Positions 12,636 through 23,643 of a stretch of DNA of 64,000 nucleotides are shown piece by piece. The notes under the pieces were generated by a model. The model was not told the DNA's origin and did not search any database. It saw only the letters and a list, made by a program, of their open reading frames with translations. Positions within the stretch are counted from its first letter, which is position 1. Each line of letters begins with the position of its first letter. This DNA comes from Hamiltosporidium tvaerminnensis FI-OER-3-3 (Eukaryota; Fungi; Microsporidia), in the NCBI GenBank assembly GCA_022605425.2, contig CM061249.1, positions 620,001 through 684,000 of the forward strand, written 5' to 3'. Position numbers and translations under genes: made by a program.

Positions 12636-13877
12636 ATGGAAAAAGATTGTTTGATGAAAATGTATTTAGAATCATTTAATATTTTAGAAATAAGTGGAAA
12701 AGGATCTTCTGGAAAAGTTTATAAAGTAAAAAATACCAAAAGTAATGAGGAAATGGCTTTAAAAGAAATTTTAATTGATGGATCTAAAACCAGACTGATG
12801 GTTTTAAGAGAATATTTAAATCTTAGCGGTCATGTAAATATTCTTAAATATTATAAAATATGTTTTTGTAGTAGATTGGTAAATATTAAGAATTTTGGTA
12901 ATTTTGAAACTGAAATTTCTAGTGAAAGTGATTCAGAAGATTATCTAATTAGCGATAAAGAAATCTATAGAAAGATAAAAAATAATAAAATCTATTTTGA
13001 AGAAACTTACGATATCAAAAAAAATATTAAAAAATATCGAAATTCGGAAAAAAGTGATTTAAATTATAAAATCGAAATATCAGATGAAAAATATATGAAG
13101 GAGAATAGATTAAATTTTTATGATAAAAATTCTTATGAGAAATCAAATAATTCATATGAAACTATTATAAAATCGTATGATAAAATGTCTTTATGTGATG
13201 GATGTAATAATATAAAAAAACAAGATTATTATTTTTATTTATTGACTTCATATTGTGTCTGTTCTTTGAGAAATTTGATAGAAGAAAGAAATTTAGTTTA
13301 TGAACAAAAAAGTTTAAAGGAAATTGTAGATTCGAAGGATAAAATTGAGTTTAATTTGACAAAGTATGATATAAATGGAATATTTAAAGGAATAATTAGA
13401 GGTGTACTTTTTTTACATAAAAATAATGTAATACACCGTGATATAAAACCAGAAAATATTTTTTTTATAGAAAAAGAATTTTATGTTCCTAAAATTGGAG
13501 ATTTCGGTTCCTGTAAAATTTTTACTAAGTCAGAAAATTCAAGCGATGATGATATTTTAATGACTGAAGGGATAGGAACAGCATGGTATTGTGCACCAGA
13601 AAGTACAAATTCATTTTATTCAGAAAAAATAGATATTTACTCACTTGGTCTTATTTATTTAGAAATGATATATCCATTTATTACTTCAATGGAAAGAGCA
13701 ATTATTTTTAATTATATAAGGGAAAACGGTAAATTACCAAATTGGTTAAAAAATGATTTTAAAAAAGAAAGTATAATAATTGAAAAGTGCATAAAGAAAA
13801 ATCCTATAGAAAGAATTTCAGCACTTGAATTATTTTCTTTAGTTTTGGAATTAACAGAAACTAATAAAAAAATCTAA
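12636..13877 (+). CDS. eIF2-alpha kinase family (PEK/GCN2-like) Ser/Thr kinase
   Basis: GKGSSGKV, ALKEI, a long insert between subdomains IV and V, IHRDIKPENIF, KIGDFG, GIGTAWYCAPE and KIDIYSLGLIYLEM..PF.T.MER, all typical of eIF2-alpha kinases. Confidence 0.88.
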   Translation: MEKDCLMKMYLESFNILEISGKGSSGKVYKVKNTKSNEEMALKEILIDGSKTRLMVLREYLNLSGHVNILKYYKICFCSRLVNIKNFGNFETEISSESDSEDYLISDKEIYRKIKNNKIYFEETYDIKKNIKKYRNSEKSDLNYKIEISDEKYMKENRLNFYDKNSYEKSNNSYETIIKSYDKMSLCDGCNNIKKQDYYFYLLTSYCVCSLRNLIEERNLVYEQKSLKEIVDSKDKIEFNLTKYDINGIFKGIIRGVLFLHKNNVIHRDIKPENIFFIEKEFYVPKIGDFGSCKIFTKSENSSDDDILMTEGIGTAWYCAPESTNSFYSEKIDIYSLGLIYLEMIYPFITSMERAIIFNYIRENGKLPNWLKNDFKKESIIIEKCIKKNPIERISALELFSLVLELTETNKKI

Positions 13878-14647
13878 TATTTAATTAAAAATGTTTTATT
13901 TTTATTTTTTATTTTTTATAAAAATACATACTTTAAAATTTTCTTTAATAAATTATTTAGGGTTTTTCTAATTCTAAATTTCCTTAATTCGGATTTTTAT
14001 AAATATTTCTTTTCTTTTTTAATTGGTAGAGGTACTGAATCCATTTTTTATATCTTTTTTATTTATTAAATTTGTTTCTCTAATTATATTATTTAGATGA
14101 CTAATTTAAATTATTACTACTTTTATAACTGATGAAAACACGATTTTTTTCGTTATTTATTGAAAGGATAATTTAACATTCACAATAAAATATTATTGTT
14201 TTTAAGAGCAATTTTTGAAGTATTAAGCCTATACCATAAAGACAAAATTTTGACTATTTAAAAATATTTTCTTCACTTATGTAGTCAATTCACTTTAAGA
14301 CGATAACGATCTACTAAATTGCTTTTTTATAATAATTATTGCAGCTCGAAATTCATTTATTTATATTCAGAGTTTATTTTTAGGATCTATAGGCAAAATC
14401 TCTATAATTCCACGTTATACCGATTAAAAGAAACAAATGGGAAATTCTTCTTTGTTCATCTTCGACACCGAGAATTAAAAGAAAACAGGAATAAGTATGT
14501 AGGCATGTTTTTATTTTGATTTTATAAAATAATTTTTAAGTTTAAGAGTTTTGGGTAGATTAATGTTTGTAAATTATATATTCACACCTTCTATTTGATA
14601 AATTGCGGTATATTATAATATATTTTAATATAAACCTATTCTTCATA

Positions 14648-15050
14648 CGGAAGATGGATATATACTGGTAAGATTAAATATAAAGATTATATAAAAGTAG
14701 TATTAAATAAATATTTAAAAATTAATCGGAAGATGGATGTATACTGGTAAGATTAAATATAAAGATTATATAAAAGTAGTATTAAATAAATATTTAAAAA
14801 TTAATCGGAAGATGGATGTATACTGGTAAAATTAAATATAAAGATTATATAAAAGTAGTATTAAATAAATATTTAAAAATTAATCGGAAGATGGATATAT
14901 ACTGGTAAAATTAAATATAAAGATTATATAAAAGTAGTATTAAATAAATATTTAAAAATTAATCGGAAGATGGATGTATACTGGTAAGATTAAATATAAA
15001 GATTATATAAAAGTAGTATTAAATAAATATTTAAAAATTAATCGGAAGAT
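14648..15050. repeat. Minisatellite, 79-bp unit x ~5.1
   Basis: cggaagat recurs at 14648, 14727, 14806, 14885, 14964 and 15043. Confidence 0.97.
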
Positions 15051-17899
15051 ATTTATACCATGCAAGTTTTTTTTAGAAGATACTTTAAAAAATGTTAATT
15101 TCTTGAAATTTAACTTACTTGATTATTTTCTATATTTAAATGTTAGAATATAAAGTTTTAACTATGTTTTTATTGGTAATTTACACAGAATTTACAATTT
15201 TTAAAAAAATGGTGTTATATTAACGAACAAACGAGTATTTTTTATTTAAAATAATTCTTTTACAATTATTTTTTTAGTTCTCACAATATATGTAAATTTT
15301 ATTTGTTCTGGAGTAAAAGAAAACTTATTTTATATTTTCTTGCCAAAAAAATTGCAAATAATATTTATCGATCTCTACTTGGCGGACATATTTAGATAGA
15401 AAAAAATTTTGAAGTCTAATTTAGAAGATTGTAACAACGAACACACCTCAAAAAAATTTATAGTTATAAATAAAACAATAAAAAATTCTCTTTGTAAAAA
15501 AAGTAATATCACTGAATGCGATTCTTCTCCTTTTAAATTTAAAGACTAGTACTCTATATCAGATTAATACTTCGTAAACATGTTTAGACATATGCAAGAC
15601 CAAATTCATCGGTCATTCGGTGTATTATAACTTTTTAGGTGATCTATTTCGGAATATTTTATTTTATAGGAATATCTATATAGCAATCTTGACTAAATCT
15701 GTATTACGTCTTTTTTTAATAAATTAAAATTTTGAAGCTTTATTCCAAGTTTTTATATTTCCTTTTATGGATTCTTTTAGAACTTTCAATTAACTATCTA
15801 TTTAATTGGTTTCGTATCGCACCAAAATCTGTAAATTTTGTTCAAATAGAACTTAATGAAAAATCTATCACATTAAAAAATTATTTAAAATTGAGTCAGG
15901 CAGGAATATCTAAATCTAAAATATTTGCAATTTTTTTCTGTGTATAAAATAATATTTGCTTGTGCTGCAAGATTCTAAAAATAATTGAATCTTGAAGAAA
16001 TTTCGATCATTAGCGAAGTGATTCAAAAAGAATTTTTTTCGATTTAACCTGATCAGTTTGTTAATGATATTTTACCTCCGAAATCCTTTTTTTTGCGATT
16101 ATTGAGATATTTTTATTGGGTTTAAAACAACTTCGGATTAAAAAGTTTCCATTTACCATCGAATCTTTCGATTAAATCAACAGGCAATCTGATAATTTTT
16201 CCTTTTGTTTTGCCTTTGATTCTTTCATCCGCATCTACATATTAAAAAAAGAAAAGAGTAGATTACAAGACATTTCAAATCCATAAATTAAGTGTTTTAT
16301 TTACTAATCAGGCAATTCAGTAAATCTATTCTATTTCTTCTTAATACGAAACAAAATCGTGAAAATATTTTTTCGGAATTAATCATCAGAACTTTGTTTT
16401 TGAGCAAGTTATTGTAAGATACATTGAATTCAAAATATTTAAAAGTCTTCATTTTCTATACGAGCACTAGATATAAATACATCGTGTTAAAAGTCTATCA
16501 TAATACTTTAAAGCAATTCAAAAAGAATTTTCGCCATAAACCTGCCGATATATGATGAAATTGAACTATAGAAATGAATTACTGCTGCTTTGATTGTAAT
16601 TGTTTGCAAAACCATTAATTAGTTCCGATCTATTTTCAGTATTATAATCCTTATAGAAAAAAAATCGAAAGCTTTGTCTAGTCCTGTGAAAATATTTAAA
16701 CTATATTGCAGGTAGTTGTGACTCTTACCATTGTAGCTTAATATTTCAAAATAATGTTATCTTATTTTATAATATTTCTAACCAGTAACAAACAAAAATT
16801 GCTAAAGAAGCTGTTCCGGGGATTTTACTTTTGTTAACAAGACAAAAGGAAAATATTTCAAACATTTTATAACTACTTTTCTCTAATGGTTTATATTTTT
16901 AGCTATTTCATAGATTTTTCTTTTTGAAATTTCCAGAAAATATATCTAATATTATTTTAATGATATATTTATTCTTTTCAAAATCATCAAACTGGGATTA
17001 CATTTTCATCGGGCTTCTTACATTCATTAACCACCAAGAAATAGTGTTATATTCTTGTGAAAAGTTTTAGGCAAGAAAAGAAGCCACTGTTATATTTATA
17101 CGAGTGTGGTTAAATTGGAATGGAATTTTGATTTGTTTTTGGTTTTTTGATCCCCCACAATAAATTATTCACTTGTTTTTCGCTCTTTTAATTAAGCAAT
17201 TTATGTTTTCGGTTAAAATAGCATTTTTTGATGAATTATCATTAAATAACTGCAAAAGCAAAACAGATATCGTCTCTTTGGTTTTTTAACTCTTTCGACG
17301 TTATTGTTATCAATCTTAGAAATATCTCGACTGTATTTTTGATTATTTATTTTCATTTTCACTGGTTTTATTACGTGCATTGGTAACCTATTCAATGAGA
17401 ATTCAAAACAAATAGAAACTTAAAAATATACAACTACACTTATTTGTCGAAACTTAACTCCCTATAATTCACAGAAACGTTAAATTTGAGAAAAATTAAT
17501 ATAATGCACGTACTTTATAATGATATATCTTCCGACCAAAATATGATTACAATTCACTTTTTAATTATAGCAGGAAGAGTTAGTGTCGAGTTCGAAACTC
17601 AAGATCTGCGCATAGTTACCCAAGCCATACATACACCTTGAATTTCAATTCAGACTGTTTACCACAATAACTCATCATTGGTGTTTATGACTTTAAATAA
17701 TACACACAGGCATATATTTAAGACGACTTTAGAAGAGTTATAGCCATGACTGACGTCAATCATACTGGTGAGTACGCCAATATAACAAATATTTGATATT
17801 TTATATGTTATAAAACAGTTTACAGTTCAGAAAAAATTACATCCGTACCGTCTAATACACACAGCCTATGGGGTTTGCCATCATTAATCAAAAAAACCT

Positions 17900-18540
17900 T
17901 GATTTTTTTTGATAGGATTCAACCACTTTACATTTTCGTTGTCACCAATGCAATCGGTACAAAAAGTAGAAAGTTTTACAAAATAATAAAGAGATTTCTA
18001 GAAAATCGCTTTTTAGGCTTTTATATGGCTAGATTCTGCGCCAAAATGACTTTTTGGTAATTTACATGTTGAAGCATGAAAAGATATTTTTTTTCACCGG
18101 TTAGAAAACTTAGTGTTCGAACGATACAGAAATCCATAGCTTTAAAGACAAACCAGCATTTAAATATTCTATGTTTGTTAGTATTTCATTGTAACATATG
18201 TGTAAACTCTATTTAAATTACAGATCTATATCTTAGCTAGAAATTTATTTGATTCGAAAGTGTAGACTATGTAAGAATCCTTCTGGTCTTGATAAGCCCA
18301 GGGTAAGCTTTTACGTGCAATTATAATCCAAGCAACGGATATCAACAAAAACGCTCAGTCAATTCTTCTATAAAAGGGCATTTGCGCTCTTTTAAATGAA
18401 AATATTCGAATATTGATATCCAAAGGAGGCTGTTGGTGTTCTAGTAAGAAATTTTAAATGTAAAATTTAGAACTTAGTGAATGCCATGAAAACTTTATGA
18501 CGATGTCTCTAATATAAAATAAAGATATATTTATAAAAAA
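17900..18540 (+). mobile_element. ~730-bp SINE-like element, old degenerate copy
   Basis: Colinear matches such as ggtaatttacatgttgaagcatg, ggttagaaaacttagtg, tatatcttagctagaaatttatt, gcaacggatatcaac and atgccatgaaaac. Ends approximate. Confidence 0.7.
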
Positions 18541-19354
18541 AATGAGAGAATAGGAACATAAAAGTTATTTTAGCTACACTTGAACTCATTAGCAACTATT
18601 ATCGATGGTTTAACATATATTACCTACTTTTTTTTAGTTTCTATAACATATATGTATAATTATAAACAAAATTGCTTTTAATATTTGATGTATAGTATAT
18701 TTTAAAGGTTAAACATTTATATTTAAAGTTTTTTTGTAACATATGCAATAATTTAGTACTATATTTCGTAGTGCAAATGCTTTGAGCTATTTATGCTAAA
18801 GATTTATCTTTGCTGTTTAACTGCTTTATAGTATAATTAAAGCAGATTATTAGTTTCTTAAAAGTCTTTTGTTCATTACAATTTCTACTCTTTCCAATAG
18901 GCACAAAAAATTAATAAAAAAAAATTATTTACCGTGTTTAATGCTTTACCAGTACTGGATTAACTGAAATTAGATTTTGTACAATACACATTGGAAAATT
19001 TAAATAAGATTTATTTTAATTAAATTAATAGCTAATACTCTAATTGATGATTTAAGATTAAAATTCTATTGATTAAACAAAATATAATTTGATTTATTTT
19101 AATAGAAATTATTTTGTTATCGTTGACTGCAAATAAGTTATATAAAAATTTAATCATGACTGTCATGTCGATCTTTAAAAATGGCTGTTGCGCGCCAAGC
19201 TTGAAAAGATTACAGCACTAAATTTTGATAGAAAAAAATGGTAAATATGTTAATTTTGAAAAATTTATTTAATTATTCAATCTCAAAATTTCTATAATGA
19301 GAAAACTTATTTTTATTAATTACTTTAAAACAATTTGAAATTTGAAATATTTCT

Positions 19355-20740
19355 ATGGGAATGTTTAATCAAGAGCCGAGAAAACCAACGTTGCTATTCG
19401 TAATATTGTTTATTTTGGTCTGTTGTCTAAAACCGATACAGAATAATAGCCTAGACACCCAGGAAATAATTCATCTGGCTAGAGAAAAACGTACAGAAAT
19501 AGAAAATTTAATACATTTTGAAATTGAAATACAACCAGAGGAAATTATTTATGAGGAAATCGATACTTATCTTGAGTATGAAACAAAATTATTAGAGTGT
19601 ATTAATTCAAATGCTTTTAAATCTTATTCAAAAAATTTAAATGAGAAATCTTTAGAGTATATGTATGAATCGTTAGATTTTATCATAGGAAATAGGAAAA
19701 TATTTCTTTTAAGGAATAACACTGCTACAGAAAAATATAACGAAGCAATGACAAAAATAAAAGCGGAACTGGAACTGCTGGTGTCTTATATAAGTTATTT
19801 TTTATCTTCTAATATTTGTAATTGTACAAGATCACATTTTAAAATAATAAATGAAATTCAGCATTTGATCAATTACTTAAAATTAATTTATCTCAGAATT
19901 CACGATTCTATGAAAAAGGTATTAGACTGTGAAACTAAATATAAAAAATTATTAGAAAACCATCATTTTTTATTGTTCATTTCATCACGGAAAGTACATA
20001 ATGATAAAATTAGGGAATTCAAAGCTAAGATCGAAAAAATTCGAGTAAATTATGATGATATAAAAGACGAAGCAGCAAGAGCGATAATTACTTATAGAAA
20101 CTATAATTTTGAGGAAATTATAATTATGCAGTATTCTCAAAATAATTTTTACGCTCTTTTTATAACAAATGAAATATTTTCAAATATTTATAGTTATATT
20201 GAAATTTATGAAGATAAGAATTTAACAAACAAGACAATTTTTAAAGAAGAGGTCGTTAAGTTTTATGGTTTACTCGGTTATGTGCGAATTTATATTAGTA
20301 CGTATAAAATATTTAGATCAAATTTTGTAGAACTTCTAGATAAAACGACAAAATGTAAAAAATACATTTCAAATATATATGCTAGAATTGAAAAAAGTAC
20401 TAATAGCTTGCAGGAATATGCGGAAGTTTACGAAATAGACGAATTTAAAGACAGTTTTAAGGGTTTTTTATATACTACAAAACAAGAGCTTGCCGACAAG
20501 ATATCGGAAATAATGAATTTTGAAAAAGAACAGCTTGCTAAGATCCAAAAAATTATTGATTACAATAATCTTATACTGAAAACATACAATAATTTAAAAA
20601 AAAATCACAGGCTGATTAATATACAAAAGAAAATAAGTGTATTGGAAGTTTTCCAACAAGAACATACAGATTTTGTTCATAGAATGCAAAAAAATCTAAA
20701 TGATATTTTATCTTATGCTCTTGAGCATGGAAATGATTAA
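19355..20740 (+). CDS. Hypothetical secreted or membrane-anchored helical/coiled-coil protein (461 aa)
   Basis: Long ORF with an N-terminal hydrophobic stretch (LLFVILFILVCCL) and a K/E/I-rich helical body. No recognised domain. Confidence 0.8.
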   Translation: MGMFNQEPRKPTLLFVILFILVCCLKPIQNNSLDTQEIIHLAREKRTEIENLIHFEIEIQPEEIIYEEIDTYLEYETKLLECINSNAFKSYSKNLNEKSLEYMYESLDFIIGNRKIFLLRNNTATEKYNEAMTKIKAELELLVSYISYFLSSNICNCTRSHFKIINEIQHLINYLKLIYLRIHDSMKKVLDCETKYKKLLENHHFLLFISSRKVHNDKIREFKAKIEKIRVNYDDIKDEAARAIITYRNYNFEEIIIMQYSQNNFYALFITNEIFSNIYSYIEIYEDKNLTNKTIFKEEVVKFYGLLGYVRIYISTYKIFRSNFVELLDKTTKCKKYISNIYARIEKSTNSLQEYAEVYEIDEFKDSFKGFLYTTKQELADKISEIMNFEKEQLAKIQKIIDYNNLILKTYNNLKKNHRLINIQKKISVLEVFQQEHTDFVHRMQKNLNDILSYALEHGND

Positions 20741-21115
20741 ATCGAATTTTATAAATTTACATCTTCTGTTTTCGAATTCTAAAAAAATAAAATTTAATAG
20801 GAAGCACTTTCAAGCAAATTAAGTTTGTAAAAATCATATTTATTGTTATGTTTGAAAAATGGTTTGATTTTTCACTTAGAACGCTTTATAATTATTAAAA
20901 GTCATGTTATTTAAATTTAAACTTTGGGTTGCAGTTACATATTATTTTTAAAAAAAATAGCTTGAAAACATGTTTTGAGAAATTTCTTTTCTTGTAATTA
21001 TCTAATTGGCAGTTTTATAAATATTTAAATATAGAAACGAAGGGATGTATTTATTTATTAACCCGAAATATATCAGTTTATTATATTTTTATTTATTACT
21101 TAACTATAAAAATAT

Positions 21116-21803
21116 AAATAGATGTAAGTTTAAATCTCAAAACGAATTAAAAGTCACTTGTCAAAGAAATTACTGAAAAAGCATGCGGAAATAAAAGCGA
21201 GTGCAAGAATAAAAACTGATGTCAAAATTAAGAACAATTGATCTGAAATGTATATTTCAGATAAGAGTAAAAATAAGATTCCGCCCATTGAAGTAGAGAA
21301 TACTTCCCAAAACCCACTTGAAATAGCTGAAACTAAATTCTTAGGAAGTATGATATGCTAGACAATGACCTATTTCTTATTTATAAGTGTGGCGTTGGCA
21401 AGATTTTTACTGTACTAACCTGAGACGGCCTAGTGTCAAACTCCCCAAACCGTACCTTAGAAAACCTTAAATACCTATAAATGTAAAAGCTTTAATTTTT
21501 CGATAGTACTTAGGAAGATAATCGAAAAGATATCCGTTGATCGACGAATAAGACTTAGTCCAGACCAAATGCCCAAAAAGGCTGGGAAAGAGCATGAATA
21601 AATATTAATAAGCGTCTAGATGCACCAGGAGCCAACATTTCATTTAAAATTTTCGAGTATCGAAGAACATGGCGTCAAAATTTTTAAGAAAAGAACATTC
21701 AGCCTTGCTTTAAAAGAAGAAAGATGGTGATCAAATAGGTAGTATGAAATTCATAAAAAAAGTAAAAAAACGTATTTTAGACCCATAATTTTGTTAAATA
21801 ATA
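21116..21803 (+). mobile_element. RLE non-LTR retrotransposon, degenerate 3' fragment
   Basis: Colinear with ~61848..62600 (aagaataaaaactgatgtcaaaatt, cttaggaagtatga, ttgatcgacgaa, 3' end ttttgttaaataa). Many stops. Confidence 0.85.
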
Positions 21804-21879
21804 TAAATATATCTAGAAGTTAACCAAATGAATTCATATTTTTTTATTTTTTTAATGTAATGAATATTAATAACAAAAA

Positions 21880-22300
21880 AATGAAAGATAGATATTGGAT
21901 TCGCATAGCTTTTAAGAGATTGGATGTTTCATTTTGTTATTGTCTTAATATATGATGCGATATCTCTTTTTCAGTAAAAAAAATAATGGTCTATAAAGCA
22001 TACAGTTTAAAGCGTGGCTATGAGTTAAAACATTCTCAAAAGACTCAAACTTCTCTAGAAGTTTACGAATAGAAAAATATGAAACCTACAAAGCTATTAG
22101 GAATTTTTAAATATTTATCTAAGAAAGTAAGTACATGAGCAAAAAGCAGCACCGAGCCATTATTCATGTGGCTTATTTATTAGCAAAAGTTGAAACCCTT
22201 TTACAGCTAAACATTAATAAAATATTGTACCATTTCTAAAGCATTCGAAATCTGTCTAAAACAATCTATATATTGAGAAATCTGATTTTTCCCGCTACTG
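21880..22300 (+). pseudogene. hAT transposase relic (GTF2IRD2/SPIN-like N-terminus)
   Basis: YKAYSLKRGYELKHS (~21992, cf. KEYNLKRHYETKH) and HVAYLLAK..KPFT-like segment (~22165-22205). Confidence 0.5.
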
Positions 22301-22366
22301 AAGTAGAGATAAGGATAGAAGGTATCCATGCAATACCCATTTCACAATTTTTCGACAAAAACAGAT

Positions 22367-22609
22367 TTTAATTATTTAATATATTTAATGGCTCGCTTCT
22401 TCCATAAGAGTGAACAGAATCCTACGATGCCCATAGCTTCGCCGGGTTATAGGCGTTCTAAAGACAATTTTCTTTGATAGGTAGGGTTGTCGGCGTTATG
22501 CAAACGTTCCGAACGAAGGATAAAGAGTGCAAGAACGTAAGAATCGAGATCGAACCCGGCCCTAGATTAAATTCTAATATCCTCATCACTAGAGCCTTGG
22601 CGACGGACC
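22367..22609 (-). mobile_element. tRNA-headed SINE-like relic (~243 bp)
   Basis: Minus strand begins GGTCCGTCGCCAAGG (A-box-like) and has GGGTTCGATCTC (B-box) about 50 nt in. GC-richer body, AT-rich tail, flanking 9-bp direct repeat aaaacagat at 22358..22366 and 22610..22618. Confidence 0.5.
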
Positions 22610-22923
22610 AAAACAGATACTTAGAATAATTTTCTTTGACGCGGAATAGTCAAATGATGTTTCTGATATAGCATCGATGTTGCTTTTTATTCGAAAGATG
22701 GTTCAAAATTATGAACTATATTGTCGTAATTTTTGTTGAACCACCTAGATAAAAGGTATCTTTGATAGATGCAGTCGCTTTCATTCAAATTAAAGGGTGT
22801 TTTAACCTTTGTAATAAAGAGTTGTTTTTATTAATGAGAAGTTTATTTATCCAATTCTTTGTTCATATTTTCCACTAATCGGGTTTTAATAAACTATAAT
22901 TTTAATTTTATAGGGAATCCAAT

Positions 22924-23643
22924 GGTGAAGAGAGAATAATCACATAAGACTTTCTTCTTGACAATGAGTATGTGAAACTGTTGTAAGAATCATTGTTTCG
23001 ATTTTTGGTGGCAATAAAACCACACTACATCTTCATTTGTTTCATAGGTGTTGTTATGAAGGGAGAGGTCTACGAAACGGCGAAATTTTTCCTAAAAATT
23101 TATTTGTAGTTTTTTATGTAAACAGATTTAGACTGGAGCTGAACTTGTAGGTAATTTCCATGCTTTTGCATGGAAACCTAACCTTTATCACTTGAGTTAG
23201 AAGACTTAGCGCCTGGGAGATATAAAAATAAAAACTATTAAAAGCCGAAAGAGCTAAGTAGCAGGTTATACCTGTTAGTATGACATTGCATTGTCTAGGT
23301 GGACCCTATGTAAATCTCTGAAATATATCTTAGCTAGAAGTTTATTGGATTCAGAAAGTGTAAAGTAAGTGGGAAAGCTGCTAGTCATAAAATAGCCCAG
23401 GGGGTTCGGCTCTCGATCACACTCTATGCAACGAACATTAACAAACTTCTCGCAACTACTTCGATTATTAATTGGGTTCGCCAGACCTGGTAGATATAGG
23501 GTTTGGGACGTATGTATCGCAGGGGTTAGCGATGGAGTGTTGAGGTAGAAATTATTTATGTTAAACCATGAATTTCGTTAATTTCATGAAAACAAATATA
23601 AAACTTGCCACTTTTTTATAAATATTTGATACTTTGAAAAGTC
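22924..23643 (+). mobile_element. ~730-bp SINE-like element, full-length copy
   Basis: Starts ggtgaagagagaataatcac, ends gatactttgaaaagtc. Colinear with the other copies. Confidence 0.9.

Noticed and set aside
11470-15050. Minisatellites as CRISPR arrays or coding repeats
   Set aside because: Units are contiguous with no unique spacers, there are no cas genes and the context is eukaryotic. The single open frame of the 78-mer is broken by TAA in two units.
15500-17200. Possible additional transposase relic (similar hints at ~730-1400, ~24900-25800, ~47700-48400)
   Set aside because: Composition hints at decayed coding DNA, but I could not recover enough motifs or termini to make a call.
23170-23185. 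Telomerase-template-like AACCTAACCT
   Set aside because: Present in only one copy. The consensus is AACCTAGCC.
23245-23285. 5S rRNA A-box-like stretch (AAGCTAAG..CAGG..CCTG.TTAGTA) suggesting a 5S-derived SINE
   Set aside because: It lies mid-element rather than at the 5' end, with no C-box or 5S 5' helix. Too short to support homology without a covariance search.
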